Virus record (IMG/VR): IMGVR_UViG_3300045283_000349
Coordinates: 2,968-66,967 of that record
DNA from: a virus
Length of the DNA: 64,000 bases
Strand: one strand, 5' to 3'
Part shown: piece after piece, positions 54,496-63,871 of the stretch
Layout of the letters: every line of letters begins with the position of its first letter
Numbering within the stretch: position 1 is the first letter of the stretch
Notes under the pieces: generated by a model
Database searches by the model: none
What the model was told of the DNA's origin: nothing
What the model saw: only the letters and a program-made list of their open reading frames with translations
Translations under genes and position numbers: made by a program

Positions 54496-54980
54496 CGCAG
54501 CCCCAGCCGCGCGACCCGGTTGATCGCGGCCTGCTCGACCCGCTTGGCTTCGAGGTCAGCGTCGACGGGCGCCTGCCACTTGTAGCCCGTCGGCTCGACC
54601 ACCACCTGCTCGGTGGCCTTGCACTCGCAGACGCTCAGATCCCCCGGCTTCCAGCTGCAGGGGATGAACCACTTCCGGATCCCCGCGCCGCTCTCGTGGT
54701 TGTCCTCGTCGGCGGGTTGCATGTCGAAGTCCCGCAGGGCGCGGGCCACCTCGTCGTCGGTGGCGTACTTGCCGCGCGCCGAGACAGAGATCATGTAGTG
54801 CCACTTCTCGACGCCGTGAAAAAGCGTCCAGGCCAGGGTCGAGAAGACGGTCAGGCGGCCGCGGGTCCACACGTGCACGAACGGGTCGCCGGGCAGGGGG
54901 CGCGGGCCCAGGTCCTCCCAATTGGCCCAGGCGGGCGGGCGCTTGGCGGTCAGGCCTTCGGGGACGGCGATGGTGGGCAT
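54492..54980 (-). CDS. hypothetical protein
   Basis: 162-aa ORF with strong GC3 bias. Confidence 0.65.
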   Translation of the reverse strand: MPTIAVPEGLTAKRPPAWANWEDLGPRPLPGDPFVHVWTRGRLTVFSTLAWTLFHGVEKWHYMISVSARGKYATDDEVARALRDFDMQPADEDNHESGAGIRKWFIPCSWKPGDLSVCECKATEQVVVEPTGYKWQAPVDADLEAKRVEQAAINRVARLGLR

Positions 54981-55189
54981 GGCTGAGGATTATGCCAGGG
55001 GCATGGCTCGGGCAACGAGCAGGGCGACTCCAGCACCACGCAGAAACAGCCGTCGTGTAGCGGCGGGGCGATGAGCTTCCAGACGTCGTGATCGGGCGGC
55101 GCCCGGTGGCCGTGATATTTCCGGCAGTCGGCGCACGCGAGCGGAGCCTCGCGACTTACGAAGACCCAGACCCGGTGCGCGCAACTCAC
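54950..55189 (-). CDS. Cys/His-rich small protein
   Basis: CADC...PPLHDGCFC. Confidence 0.5.
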   Translation of the reverse strand: MSCAHRVWVFVSREAPLACADCRKYHGHRAPPDHDVWKLIAPPLHDGCFCVVLESPCSLPEPCPWHNPQPCPPSPSPKA

Positions 55190-55575
55190 GCTTCCCCCCT
55201 CAGTCGGCGCAGCCAGGCCATGCCCGCCTCGCGCGCGTCGGCGCGGGCAGGATAGACCGCGGTGGTGACCAGCGGCCGGCCATGAACGGTCACCGAGGCG
55301 GTCCAGCCGCCTTCTGCTTCACTGAACGAGATTCCCTCGAAAAGCCGGTAAATCGGCTCGAAAGCCCCGCACATGACGGCCTGGTCCGCGCATGCCGGGC
55401 AGGCCTCGATGTGGTCGAGGAGCGACGCTGCGCCCTCCTCGGTCATGGGCCAGTGCTCGCAGGCACCGCAGGGCTGCAGGTAGTGCGGCCGGCGGGCACC
55501 AGCGGTCACGGTCCAGCCGCGACAATGGGGCGAGCAGGGCAGCGACGGCGGGGCGATGCAGGGGGCGGGGGTCAA
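55186..55575 (-). CDS. Cys-rich hypothetical protein
   Basis: TTGA-coupled; several CxxC. Confidence 0.5.
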   Translation of the reverse strand: MTPAPCIAPPSLPCSPHCRGWTVTAGARRPHYLQPCGACEHWPMTEEGAASLLDHIEACPACADQAVMCGAFEPIYRLFEGISFSEAEGGWTASVTVHGRPLVTTAVYPARADAREAGMAWLRRLRGEA

Positions 55576-55871
55576 TACTCAACCTCCTTTTCGCGCAGGA
55601 TAGCGCCCTGGCTCACGAGCCACGGGAACACCTTCGAGCGCATGCAGTCGGGGCAGATGTCCACGGTGGTCACGGTGAGATTGGTGCCCTCGGGATAGCG
55701 GTCGCCCTCTTCGAGGCTGATGGTCGTGTCCTCGACGTCGTAACCGTATTTCCACTTGTTGTCGCTGGTGCCACCCGGTCTGCCTGTGCGGTCGCAAAGC
55801 TCGCACTTGACCTCGACCTCGCGGGTTTCCTCGCGTGCGGGGATGACCTGCGTTTCGGAACGGCGGCTCAT
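55572..55871 (-). CDS. hypothetical protein
   Basis: CELC...ICPDC. Confidence 0.65.
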   Translation of the reverse strand: MSRRSETQVIPAREETREVEVKCELCDRTGRPGGTSDNKWKYGYDVEDTTISLEEGDRYPEGTNLTVTTVDICPDCMRSKVFPWLVSQGAILREKEVEY

Positions 55872-56089
55872 GGCAGCGGCCCCCCGTTGCGCCGCTCCTC
55901 AGGCGTGGCCGCGGCGATGCGAGCCTTGATGCATTCCGGGCAGAACTGGACCGGCTTGTCGTGCTCGCACCAGCCGCAGAGCCAATGGCCGAATTTGCCG
56001 GCTTCGGGGCAGTTGGCCCGCTCGAGGTCATCGCGGACCGCGAGGCAGCCGGTCGCACTCTCGAAGTCGTCGGCGGTCTTCGGCGTCAC
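55868..56089 (-). CDS. hypothetical protein
   Basis: DDLERANC...GH..CGWC. Confidence 0.65.
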   Translation of the reverse strand: MTPKTADDFESATGCLAVRDDLERANCPEAGKFGHWLCGWCEHDKPVQFCPECIKARIAAATPEERRNGGPLP

Positions 56090-56280
56090 TTCCGCTCCCG
56101 CGCGTCGTCGATCAGCACCACCAGCGCGGCGGCCAAGACCCGGTTCTCCGACAGGGACAGGGCGTCCATCACCTTTGTCCCCGCCGCGACCTCGGCCAGG
56201 ATGGGCCGCGCGCGCTCGAGCACGGCCGCACGGGCGGCAGCAGCAGCGGCGGCCTCGGCCTGGTCCTCAGCCTTGGCCAT
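56086..56280 (-). CDS. hypothetical protein
   Basis: 64-aa ORF with SD. Confidence 0.55.
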   Translation of the reverse strand: MAKAEDQAEAAAAAAARAAVLERARPILAEVAAGTKVMDALSLSENRVLAAALVVLIDDARERK

Positions 56281-56566
56281 GGGGTCCCTCGGGCGGCAGG
56301 CCGGCGTGGTAGCGGGCCAGCAGCGTGATCACCTGCATCGACGCGTCCTCGTTCTCGACCCGATCGCGCGGCTCGGTCAGCGCATCCCAGAACGCCGCCT
56401 TGCGGTCGTTGTGGGCCTGCTGGCGCTGGTTCCGGAAGGTCTGGTAGGCCTGCGTCACCAGGACCAGGAAGTGCGCCAGCGCTGGCCGCTCGACCGGATC
56501 GCCCGGCTTGTCGCCGTTGACGACCGCGGCGAGGTAATTCAGGAAGTGGTCAATCTCGGTGTCCAT
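56267..56566 (-). CDS. hypothetical protein
   Basis: ATG 56566 after AAGGGG. Confidence 0.6.
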   Translation of the reverse strand: MDTEIDHFLNYLAAVVNGDKPGDPVERPALAHFLVLVTQAYQTFRNQRQQAHNDRKAAFWDALTEPRDRVENEDASMQVITLLARYHAGLPPEGPHGQG

Positions 56567-56568
56567 GG

Positions 56569-56863
56569 TCACCCCTTGAGCTTGTGCAGTTGGATCGCCA
56601 GCGCGGCCGCGGGCTGCTCGCAGCGTTCCAGCAGCTGGACGCATTCATCGAGGATCTCGGCGCGGACCTTCGCCAGATCCCTGGCCAGCAGCTCGGCGGT
56701 GGCGTACAGGGCAGCCACGCGATCGCCGGTATCCCGCAGCGATGACACCATCACCGGTGCCCGCTCCCACGCCCCCTCCTCGACCTCGATGATGCGCGCA
56801 TGCAGTTTGTAGGTCTCCTTGACCAGGACCTCCGGCAGCGCGCTTGGCGTCGGCGAGGCTCAC
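56569..56863 (-). pseudogene. hypothetical protein with apparent frameshift near 56840
   Basis: GTG AGC CTC GCC GAC GCC AAG CGC then shifted frame LPEVLVKETYKL...LHKLKG. Confidence 0.45.
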
Positions 56864-57117
56864 GACCGGCCTCCCCGTATCGGCGGCCGGATCTCTCCCG
56901 GCTTGCGCAGCTTTTTCAGCAGCTCCTCGAGCGCCTCGATCATCGATGCGCGCTGGGCGTTCGACACGTAGGTCGCCCAGCCGTCGTTGCCGAATTCGAA
57001 CAGCCACACGACGAAACCGATGCCCTGGGGCAGGTCGTCGCCGATGGCGTGCCCCAGCTTGCGAGCCTGGGCCTCGAGCTTGGCCAGGGCAGCGATGCGG
57101 GCTGGATCGTCGCTCAC
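56860..57117 (-). CDS. hypothetical phage protein
   Basis: GF...LF.FG....YVSNA.R..MI. Confidence 0.65.
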   Translation of the reverse strand: MSDDPARIAALAKLEAQARKLGHAIGDDLPQGIGFVVWLFEFGNDGWATYVSNAQRASMIEALEELLKKLRKPGEIRPPIRGGRS

Positions 57118-58853
57118 TGCGCCAGCTCCGGGTGAATGCGCAGCTTGCCGCCGTCCCGCAAGAACAGCCCCGCGCCGACCAGCTCGCCCACGTAGGCCTT
57201 CCAGGTCCCGCCCGTGATCGTCATGGGCTCGTCCCCATCCTTGGAGCGCGAGCGGTTGACCGCATCGTTGAGCACCTGCGGCGTCGCCTCGTGGTTTACC
57301 GCCAGCTCCAGCAGGATGTCGACCGTCCCCTTGCGGAACTTGGACGCCCACTCGTCGAGGATCTCACTGCGGTTCAAGGTGGCGCGGGGCACCTCAAGGG
57401 CGACCCCAGCCGGGGTCAGGCCGAGCTTGCCGTCCTCGCGGTCGACGTAGCAGCCGCCGACCAGCTCGCCGATGTACGCCTTGAATGTGCCGCCCGTGAC
57501 CGTCATCACGGCCAGCACCGCCAGGTCGGCCGGGGCCACGCGCGCCGGGTGGTGCTGCTGAAGGATCGAGACGAGGCGCAGGACGCCCGCGCGCAGACGC
57601 TTGCCGCTGGCGCCGTTGGGCTGCGGCGACTTGCCGCCCACGATGCCAAGGCGGGCCGCCGACCCTGGGGGCGGCCCTTTGAGGATCACGGTGGCGGTGC
57701 TGCTGACCTGCGCGGGGAATCGCCGGGCCTTGAGGTCGCTCTGCAAGAGCTCGAATTCTCCGACGACCCTGCGCATGACGTCCAGGACCTCGCCCAGCGT
57801 CTCGCTGATCGACTCGACCCGGGCAAACACCGCGGGCGGGATCGGTGGCGGCGGCGGCGGCGCCGGGGGCCTCGCCATGCCCACCGCCGCCTTGAGCTTC
57901 CGCACCTCGGCCTTGAGCGCGTCGACGTCGTTGGCGGCGATCTCGGTCTCGACCGAGGCTAGCGCCGCGCGCACCTCATCGAGATCGATCGGCGGCAGCT
58001 TGCGCGTGGTCTCGCCCGCGCGCCCACCCGTGGGTGTGGCGCTGGCGTCGTAGGTCTCCTTGCGCAGGATCTTGTGCCTGCCGAAGGACCCCAGCCACTG
58101 CGGCGACCACACCAGCGCCGTGCCGGGCTTCAGGCTGGGCAGATCGTTGGCGATCTCGCGATCGCCCGCGCCGGTCTCCTGCACCCATCCCGTGATGGCC
58201 TTGCGCTCCTGGGGCCCGGTCAGCTGGAACGCCAGCATCACCTCGGCCTGGTTGAGGACGTCCTTGTTGACGGCCTGGGGCCGCTGCGAGATGAGCGAGC
58301 AGCCCACGCCGTAGTTGCGCCCGAGCTTGATCAGGCGCTCGACCGCGCCGACCATCTTGGCCATCTCGGGCCGGACCAGCTGGGGCACGAATTCCTGCGC
58401 CTCCTCGAACACGATGTGCAGGGGCGAGCGCGAGCGCTTCTTGGCGTGGAACAGCTCGAGGCAGAACTCTCCAACGAACTTGCGCTGTTCAGCCCCGGTC
58501 ATCTCCGAGACGTCGAGGACCATCGACGTCGAGCGGGTGACCACCATCTCGGCGAAGACTTTGCCCGCGGTGGGCGGCAGCGGCAGATCCCCGTGCGCCC
58601 CGCCGAACACCGGGACGTTGAGGCCCGAGGGCTTCTTGCCGTCGGCGGCGAAGCGCAGGCCCCACCACGTCCCGACCGGATCGATCACGACGACCTGGAC
58701 GCCCACGCCGATCAGCAGCTCGGCCATGCGGCCCGCGCCGTAGGTCTTGCCTGAACCACGGCGGCCCATCCAGGCATAGACCTGCGTGGCCGCGGTCTCG
58801 GCGGGCAGGTCCAGGTCCTCGCCGAGGGCGAGCTTCCAGCCGGCGGCGGTCAT
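57114..58853 (-). CDS. HerA/FtsK-superfamily ATPase with duplicated C-terminal winged-helix-like repeats
   Basis: GRRGSGKT, VIDPVG.W, VFEEAQEF.PQ, GRNYG, SQRP; repeats TVTGGTFKAYIGELVG / TITGGTWKAYVGELVG. Confidence 0.85.
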   Translation of the reverse strand: MTAAGWKLALGEDLDLPAETAATQVYAWMGRRGSGKTYGAGRMAELLIGVGVQVVVIDPVGTWWGLRFAADGKKPSGLNVPVFGGAHGDLPLPPTAGKVFAEMVVTRSTSMVLDVSEMTGAEQRKFVGEFCLELFHAKKRSRSPLHIVFEEAQEFVPQLVRPEMAKMVGAVERLIKLGRNYGVGCSLISQRPQAVNKDVLNQAEVMLAFQLTGPQERKAITGWVQETGAGDREIANDLPSLKPGTALVWSPQWLGSFGRHKILRKETYDASATPTGGRAGETTRKLPPIDLDEVRAALASVETEIAANDVDALKAEVRKLKAAVGMARPPAPPPPPPIPPAVFARVESISETLGEVLDVMRRVVGEFELLQSDLKARRFPAQVSSTATVILKGPPPGSAARLGIVGGKSPQPNGASGKRLRAGVLRLVSILQQHHPARVAPADLAVLAVMTVTGGTFKAYIGELVGGCYVDREDGKLGLTPAGVALEVPRATLNRSEILDEWASKFRKGTVDILLELAVNHEATPQVLNDAVNRSRSKDGDEPMTITGGTWKAYVGELVGAGLFLRDGGKLRIHPELAQ

Positions 58854-59167
58854 GGCGTGGCGGGCTCCGTGGCGTTGCACTCGGCGCACCCGCACCCAGG
58901 GATCCCAATACGGCGCCAATAGTCGTCGACGGGCAGCGCGCGGGCGGCCGCGATGGCCGATGTGAGCGCCTGGACGAAGCGCTCAGCGTGCTCTATCGAC
59001 AGACTCCCCTGGAATGAGAGGCCCTGGGTTCTGGCCTCGAACACCACGCGGGCGGCGACGAGAGGCGCGGCATGCGGCGTGGTTCGAAAAGGAGAACGGG
59101 AAACGACGTTCAGATTTACACCATCGCCCTCACCCGCATCGAACGAAGGGATCTCGGATCTGCCCAT
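58850..59167 (-). CDS. hypothetical protein
   Basis: ATG 59167 coupled to upstream stop. Confidence 0.5.
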   Translation of the reverse strand: MGRSEIPSFDAGEGDGVNLNVVSRSPFRTTPHAAPLVAARVVFEARTQGLSFQGSLSIEHAERFVQALTSAIAAARALPVDDYWRRIGIPGCGCAECNATEPATP

Positions 59168-59400
59168 CACTTCCCCTCCTTTGCGTCCCGCTCGGCCTTC
59201 TCGCGCTCCATGCGCTGCTCGCCTGCGCCGATGATCCAGGCGTTGAAGCTGAGGCCCACGCGCTTGGCTGCGCGCTTGAAGGCCTCGTGCAGCGGCCCGG
59301 GCAGGCGGATGCCGCGGACCGGATCGTTGCGCGTGATCGTCGGCTTGGCAGTGAACCTGTTCCCGCTCACCACAGCAACGTGTATCACACCATTCCTCAT
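59167..59400 (-). CDS. Arc/HicB-like ribbon-helix-helix protein
   Basis: IRLPGPLHEAFKRAAKRVGLSFNAWI. Confidence 0.7.
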   Translation of the reverse strand: MRNGVIHVAVVSGNRFTAKPTITRNDPVRGIRLPGPLHEAFKRAAKRVGLSFNAWIIGAGEQRMEREKAERDAKEGK

Positions 59401-59594
59401 CGCGGCAACCCACCGTCAGGAACGCCGCCATCTGGCACAGAAACCACGGACTGCGCCTCAGGGCATGGTGTCTTCCACTGACACACGGGCGCGGCCGGGT
59501 AGTTGGGCCGGCCCGGCCCGAGGTCGTCGTTCACCCCGTCGCCGCAGGCCGCGGCCGTGAGCGCCAGCAGCAGGGGCAGCGCGAGCCGGATCAC
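59397..59594 (-). CDS. small lipoprotein
   Basis: LLLALTAAA-C lipobox; PDGG repeats. Confidence 0.65.
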   Translation of the reverse strand: MIRLALPLLLALTAAACGDGVNDDLGPGRPNYPAAPVCQWKTPCPEAQSVVSVPDGGVPDGGLPR

Positions 59595-59692
59595 TTGGCC
59601 ACGTCCTCGCGCCAGGCCCGAAGGATCTCGCGCCCGACGAACACCCAGATGGGCGGCATGACGACCGCGACATAGACAGCAAGCGCGTTCAT
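59591..59692 (-). CDS. membrane peptide
   Basis: overlap-coupled on both sides. Confidence 0.45.
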   Translation of the reverse strand: MNALAVYVAVVMPPIWVFVGREILRAWREDVAK

Positions 59693-60036
59693 TGTTCGGT
59701 TTCCTCGCTGGCGGGGACATGGCTGATGTCGGGGCAGCGCTCCTGGTACAGGTAGCCGCACTCGCCGCCGCACACCTTGCGGATCTCACCGCCGAACATG
59801 ACCGTGGTGGGCACGCGGCTGTGGGTCTGGCTGTTGCCGTCGAGCGCAACCTCGAGCCGCACCAACGCGGCGAGGACCGCATCGACCGCGGGCGCGACGG
59901 AGTCGACATCGGCGTCGCCCTTCGCCCAGGCCTCCATCGCGTTGAGGACGCCGGCCTGTATGGCATGGATGCCGCCCGATCGGTCGTAGGCCAGCGCGAT
60001 CGAGACGGCCCGGATCAGGCGCTGATGGCGGTTCAC
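59689..60036 (-). CDS. hypothetical protein
   Basis: 115-aa ORF, GTGA-coupled. Confidence 0.55.
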   Translation of the reverse strand: MNRHQRLIRAVSIALAYDRSGGIHAIQAGVLNAMEAWAKGDADVDSVAPAVDAVLAALVRLEVALDGNSQTHSRVPTTVMFGGEIRKVCGGECGYLYQERCPDISHVPASEETEQ

Positions 60037-60188
60037 AGCCGCACCATCCGGGCATGTTCGCCGCGGGCGGCGAGGTCGGCGATCACCTCTTTGGCGCGCG
60101 CGGCGGTAACCCCGCGGGCCCAGGCGACGGTGGCCCAGCGGCCCCCCTTCTCGATTTGAACACTGTACTGACCCGATTTGAACAGCAT
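60033..60188 (-). CDS. hypothetical protein
   Basis: AAGGAG SD; ATG 60188. Confidence 0.55.
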   Translation of the reverse strand: MLFKSGQYSVQIEKGGRWATVAWARGVTAARAKEVIADLAARGEHARMVRL

Positions 60189-60321
60189 GGAATCAGGGCT
60201 CCTTGTCTCGTTCTTGGTGTAGCACACGAACCAGGGCTGAGCCGAAAAGTGCCGCGGAAGCCCGGGCGAATTGCCAAGGTGCCAGCATTGCCCCTTACGT
60301 GTACGTGTTGCACACCATCGC

Positions 60322-60804
60322 ATGGCACTAACACCAGAGCAGGCAGCGCAACGTTTTCGAGACCTTTTGACCAGCAACGGCTTTACGCCGGAGGACGTGA
60401 AAGTGAGCGTCGATTCGATGTCCCTGGGCAGCACGATCGACGTCACGATCATGCGGTTGGGCGTTCGCCTCGATGCGATAGACCGCTTGGCGAAGAAGCA
60501 CCTAGAAATTGAGGTCGACGACGCCGGCGAGCTGCTGCTGGGCTGGAACCGGCACGTGGACGTCCGGTATGCCCGGGCCGCGCTGGCGCCCCTGGAGGCC
60601 GAGGCAGCGGCCCGCATCGGCCTCCTGAAGCGCGGGCAGGGCGCCGAGCTCGGGTCCTACGTCGTTACTCGAAGCGACGTGGGCTGGGAGGTCGCGGTCA
60701 AACATCTGCCCGACGAGCTGCCGCGCGCCTTCCCAAGCCGGGAGCGCGCTGCGCTCTGGGTGGCGCAATGGGTGGCGGCCAGCGGAAAGAAGTCGATACC
60801 TTGA
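60322..60804 (+). CDS. hypothetical protein
   Basis: ATG 60322 in the divergent unit. Confidence 0.6.
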   Translation: MALTPEQAAQRFRDLLTSNGFTPEDVKVSVDSMSLGSTIDVTIMRLGVRLDAIDRLAKKHLEIEVDDAGELLLGWNRHVDVRYARAALAPLEAEAAARIGLLKRGQGAELGSYVVTRSDVGWEVAVKHLPDELPRAFPSRERAALWVAQWVAASGKKSIP

Positions 60805-61172
60805 GGGCGCTGGGTGGCAGCGCCATCTTGGTGGGCATGCTCCCCACCTGGCAGGCCTTGGGAAAGCTCGACGTGTCCATCGGCGGGCCCGAGCGGGCCG
60901 GATCGCTGGTCCGCTGCAACGGCTGCGGCGGGCGCGGCCGGCGCCTCGTGTACGTGCAAGACGGGCCCGAGGACGCCAGCCCGGACTGGGATTACTGCGC
61001 GATCTGCCAGGGCCAGGGGCAATTCGCGCTGCCCGTGGAGCGCTTCATCCTGGAACGCCAGGCTCGCCTGGGCGATGTCCATCCGGTCTTCGAGGACTTC
61101 CTGCCCGAGGACGAGGACGACATCGAGGCGCGGCCGCGGCGGGCCTTGCGTCGCCTAACTGACGCGGCATAA
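60801..61172 (+). CDS. DnaJ-type Zn-finger protein
   Basis: CNGCGGRG ... CAICQGQG. Confidence 0.6.
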   Translation: MRALGGSAILVGMLPTWQALGKLDVSIGGPERAGSLVRCNGCGGRGRRLVYVQDGPEDASPDWDYCAICQGQGQFALPVERFILERQARLGDVHPVFEDFLPEDEDDIEARPRRALRRLTDAA

Positions 61173-61182
61173 GCTGCACCGG

Positions 61183-61512
61183 GTGATGGCCAAAAGTAAG
61201 ACGGTCCCACCCTGCAAACGCTGTGGCCGCCGCAGGGTGGGCGCGAACCTGTTGATCAAGGGCAAGGACCGGCGGTGCCGACACTGCAACAACGAGTCGT
61301 GCCGGATCGCCATGCAACGGCAGCGCGATTCCCTCAAGTCGCCGCCCAAGCCCGCTCAGGTGCGGCAGCTCGAGCAGCTCGAAGCCGCGATCAAGGCGGT
61401 GGCCGAGGGCACAAAGTTTCTCCGGGCGCGCCGGCCCATGGTGGACTGGATCACGGGGCGCGTGGCGCGTGCGCACGAGATGTCCCAGCGCTTGGCCGAG
61501 GCGGCGCGGTGA
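61183..61512 (+). CDS. Zn-ribbon protein
   Basis: CKRC...CRHC. Confidence 0.55.
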   Translation: MMAKSKTVPPCKRCGRRRVGANLLIKGKDRRCRHCNNESCRIAMQRQRDSLKSPPKPAQVRQLEQLEAAIKAVAEGTKFLRARRPMVDWITGRVARAHEMSQRLAEAAR

Positions 61513-61838
61513 GGAAGCTTTCAGCCAAGGCCCGTCTCGACGAAAGCGCCAAGTGCAAGCGGGGCCATGTCCTGACCCTCGAAAACAGCGCCTTTACGAC
61601 CAAGGACGGACGCGTCCAGCGGCGCTGCCGCAAATGCCGCAATCAATATCACAAGGAGCTGGGACGGATCGTTCGGTGGGAAGCGCGGGTCAAGACGCGG
61701 ATGGAGGCGGCGCTCCGGGTCGTCGAGCAGGTGACGGCCAGGCCGTTGGACCATGCACCCGAAGTGGTCAAGGCGGCCATCGCATTTGGCGTCGAGGCGC
61801 GACGGCAGTGGCGGCGCCGCATAACGCCGCTCACGTGA
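61509..61838 (+). CDS. Zn-ribbon protein (CxRGH...RCRxC type, as appended to phage HNH proteins)
   Basis: KCKRGHVLTLENS...RRCRKCRN. Confidence 0.6.
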   Translation: MRKLSAKARLDESAKCKRGHVLTLENSAFTTKDGRVQRRCRKCRNQYHKELGRIVRWEARVKTRMEAALRVVEQVTARPLDHAPEVVKAAIAFGVEARRQWRRRITPLT

Positions 61839-61845
61839 AACGAGG

Positions 61846-62145
61846 TCACGACCGGGGCGGCCACCAGCGCCCGCCGCCGGGCAGGCCGCTGAGCGCGACC
61901 GCGTCGATGTGGCACTCCTCCATGTAGCGACGCAGATGATCGCCGGCCTCGGGCAGGGTCATCATCGGTATCTGCGTGGGCACTCCATGCGCCAGCGGGT
62001 GCCACGGGTCGATCTCGTAGGGCTGCCCATCCATCGATCCGGGCTCGGGCCGAGGAATCAGCGGGTGCTCGGCGATGAGCTGGGCGAAGGCCGCGCGGTT
62101 GCTGGCCTCGCGCTGGGCGCGCAGCCATGTGCGGATCGCGCTCAC
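61846..62145 (-). CDS. hypothetical protein
   Basis: GTGA-coupled. Confidence 0.5.
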   Translation of the reverse strand: MSAIRTWLRAQREASNRAAFAQLIAEHPLIPRPEPGSMDGQPYEIDPWHPLAHGVPTQIPMMTLPEAGDHLRRYMEECHIDAVALSGLPGGGRWWPPRS

Positions 62146-62363
62146 GGCGTGCCCGCCTCGACCCGCCGGCGCTCGGCACCGGCCGCGCACGAGCAGTAAA
62201 TCTCGCGGGCGTCCGGGATGAAGTCGTCCTCGGTGCCTGGGACCAGCTCGTAACGGATGCCGCGGCCGCCGCAGCACGGGAAGGCTTCGGGCGCTCCCAT
62301 GTTCCGGTGCATCACGTTTCGGTCGGGGTAGAGGCCAGGATCAAAGGGTGGGGCGGTCGGCAT
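62142..62363 (-). CDS. hypothetical protein
   Basis: GGAGG SD; CCGGRG...YCSC. Confidence 0.5.
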   Translation of the reverse strand: MPTAPPFDPGLYPDRNVMHRNMGAPEAFPCCGGRGIRYELVPGTEDDFIPDAREIYCSCAAGAERRRVEAGTP

Positions 62364-62523
62364 TGATGCTCGCCTCCTGCTCCTTGAGCCACTCGATGCA
62401 GCCCTCGCAGACGGTGTCGACCACCAGCGCGTTTTCGCACGCGCAGCCGAAATCAGGCGGATTGATGCGGTCGTCGAGGTCGTAGTCATCGACGCCAAAA
62501 TCGTCGCGGTCGTCGTCGTCCAT
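62341..62523 (-). CDS. acidic small protein
   Basis: ATG 62523; D-rich with Cys motifs. Confidence 0.45.
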   Translation of the reverse strand: MDDDDRDDFGVDDYDLDDRINPPDFGCACENALVVDTVCEGCIEWLKEQEASINADRPTL

Positions 62524-62531
62524 GGCGGCGA

Positions 62532-63871
62532 TCAGAATGCCACGTCGTCGTCGCCGTGCACGGGATCCAGCGGCCGGCCCACGTTCTCCGCGTGGTGGCA
62601 TTCCGCCTGGCGTCCGGTGAAGGCCTGCCAGCGGGAAACCGCCACATCCACGTATTTCGGCTCCAGCTCCATGGCGAAGACCCGGCGGCCGAGGCGCTCG
62701 CCGGCGATGATCTGCGAGCCGCTGCCGCTGAAGGGCTCGGCCACGACCTCGCCCTTCTCGGTGTGGTGCTCCTGGGGAATCTCGTAGAGCTCGACCGGCT
62801 TCTGCATGGGGTGCAGGTAGGCGGACGAAGCGACGCGACTGATCTCCCAGGTGGTCGTCTTGTCTCGCCCGCCGAACCAGCGATGATGCTCGCCCTTCCA
62901 GAAGCCATACCAGCAGGTCTCGTGCTTCCACTGGTAGTCAGCCTGGCCCAGCACGAGGGAGTTTTTCACCCAGATGATCTGGCCTTGCACGTGAATCCCT
63001 GCTGCACGAATTGCAGCAGCAGCAGCAGCAGCGCCCTCCGCCATCGGGGCGGTCCATACGTAGACGGCCGCTGAACGATCGATGTGTGGCAACCAGGCGG
63101 TGAGCGTGGCCGTGATGAAGGCTTGCAGGTCAGCACCCTGGAGCTTGTCGTTAGCGATCCCCTCCCATTCCTTCGCTCGGGGATTGAACTTGGCGCCCGA
63201 GAAGTCAACGCCGTATGGCGGATCGGTGGCCATGAGCAGCGCCTTCTTCCCATCCATGAGACGCGCGACGGCGGCCGGATCGGTCGAGTCACCGCACAGC
63301 AGCCTGTGATCGCCGAGGATCCACAGGTCGCCCGGCCGCGTGATCGCCACCTCGGGCGGCTCGGGCACGTCGTCCGGGTCCGTCGCCCCATCGGCCGGCA
63401 CGTCAGGCTCCGGGTGCTCCTCAGCCAGCAGCTCCTGCAGGGCATCGAGGCGCAGGGCCGTGAAGCGGGCGTCCTCCTCGAGCGCGGCGACCTGCTCGAG
63501 CGCGGCCGCGGTGAACTGACCCGCGACGGCCGGGTTGTTGGCGACGAGGTTTGCGATGCGCTGCATGCCCTCGTCCCAGTCGACGATGCGGATCGGGAAC
63601 ACGTCGCCCGTGATGGGTGGACGATGGCGCCCTGCTTGTCGTCTCCGACCCACACCTTGGCGCCGGCGAGGCCGAGGGCCGCCACGCGCTGGTGGCCGGT
63701 GACGAGCTGGCCTGTGCGTTTGTTCCATGTGATCCCGGACAAATCGCCGAAGTCTGCCAGCGAGTTGCGCAGGCCGCCGAAGTTCTCCTCGCTGATGACG
63801 CGGGGATTCGAGGGGTCCGCGGCGAGCTCGGACAGGTCGCGGTCAGCGGGGCGGGGGCTTGTTTTTGCCAT
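62532..63871 (-). pseudogene. ParB-like N-terminal domain plus N4/N6 DNA methyltransferase, split by one frameshift near 63615
   Basis: NPR, GHQR in frame 1; GDLW.LGDHRLLCGDST, TDPPY, HPMQKP, EPFSGSGS in frame 2. Confidence 0.85.
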
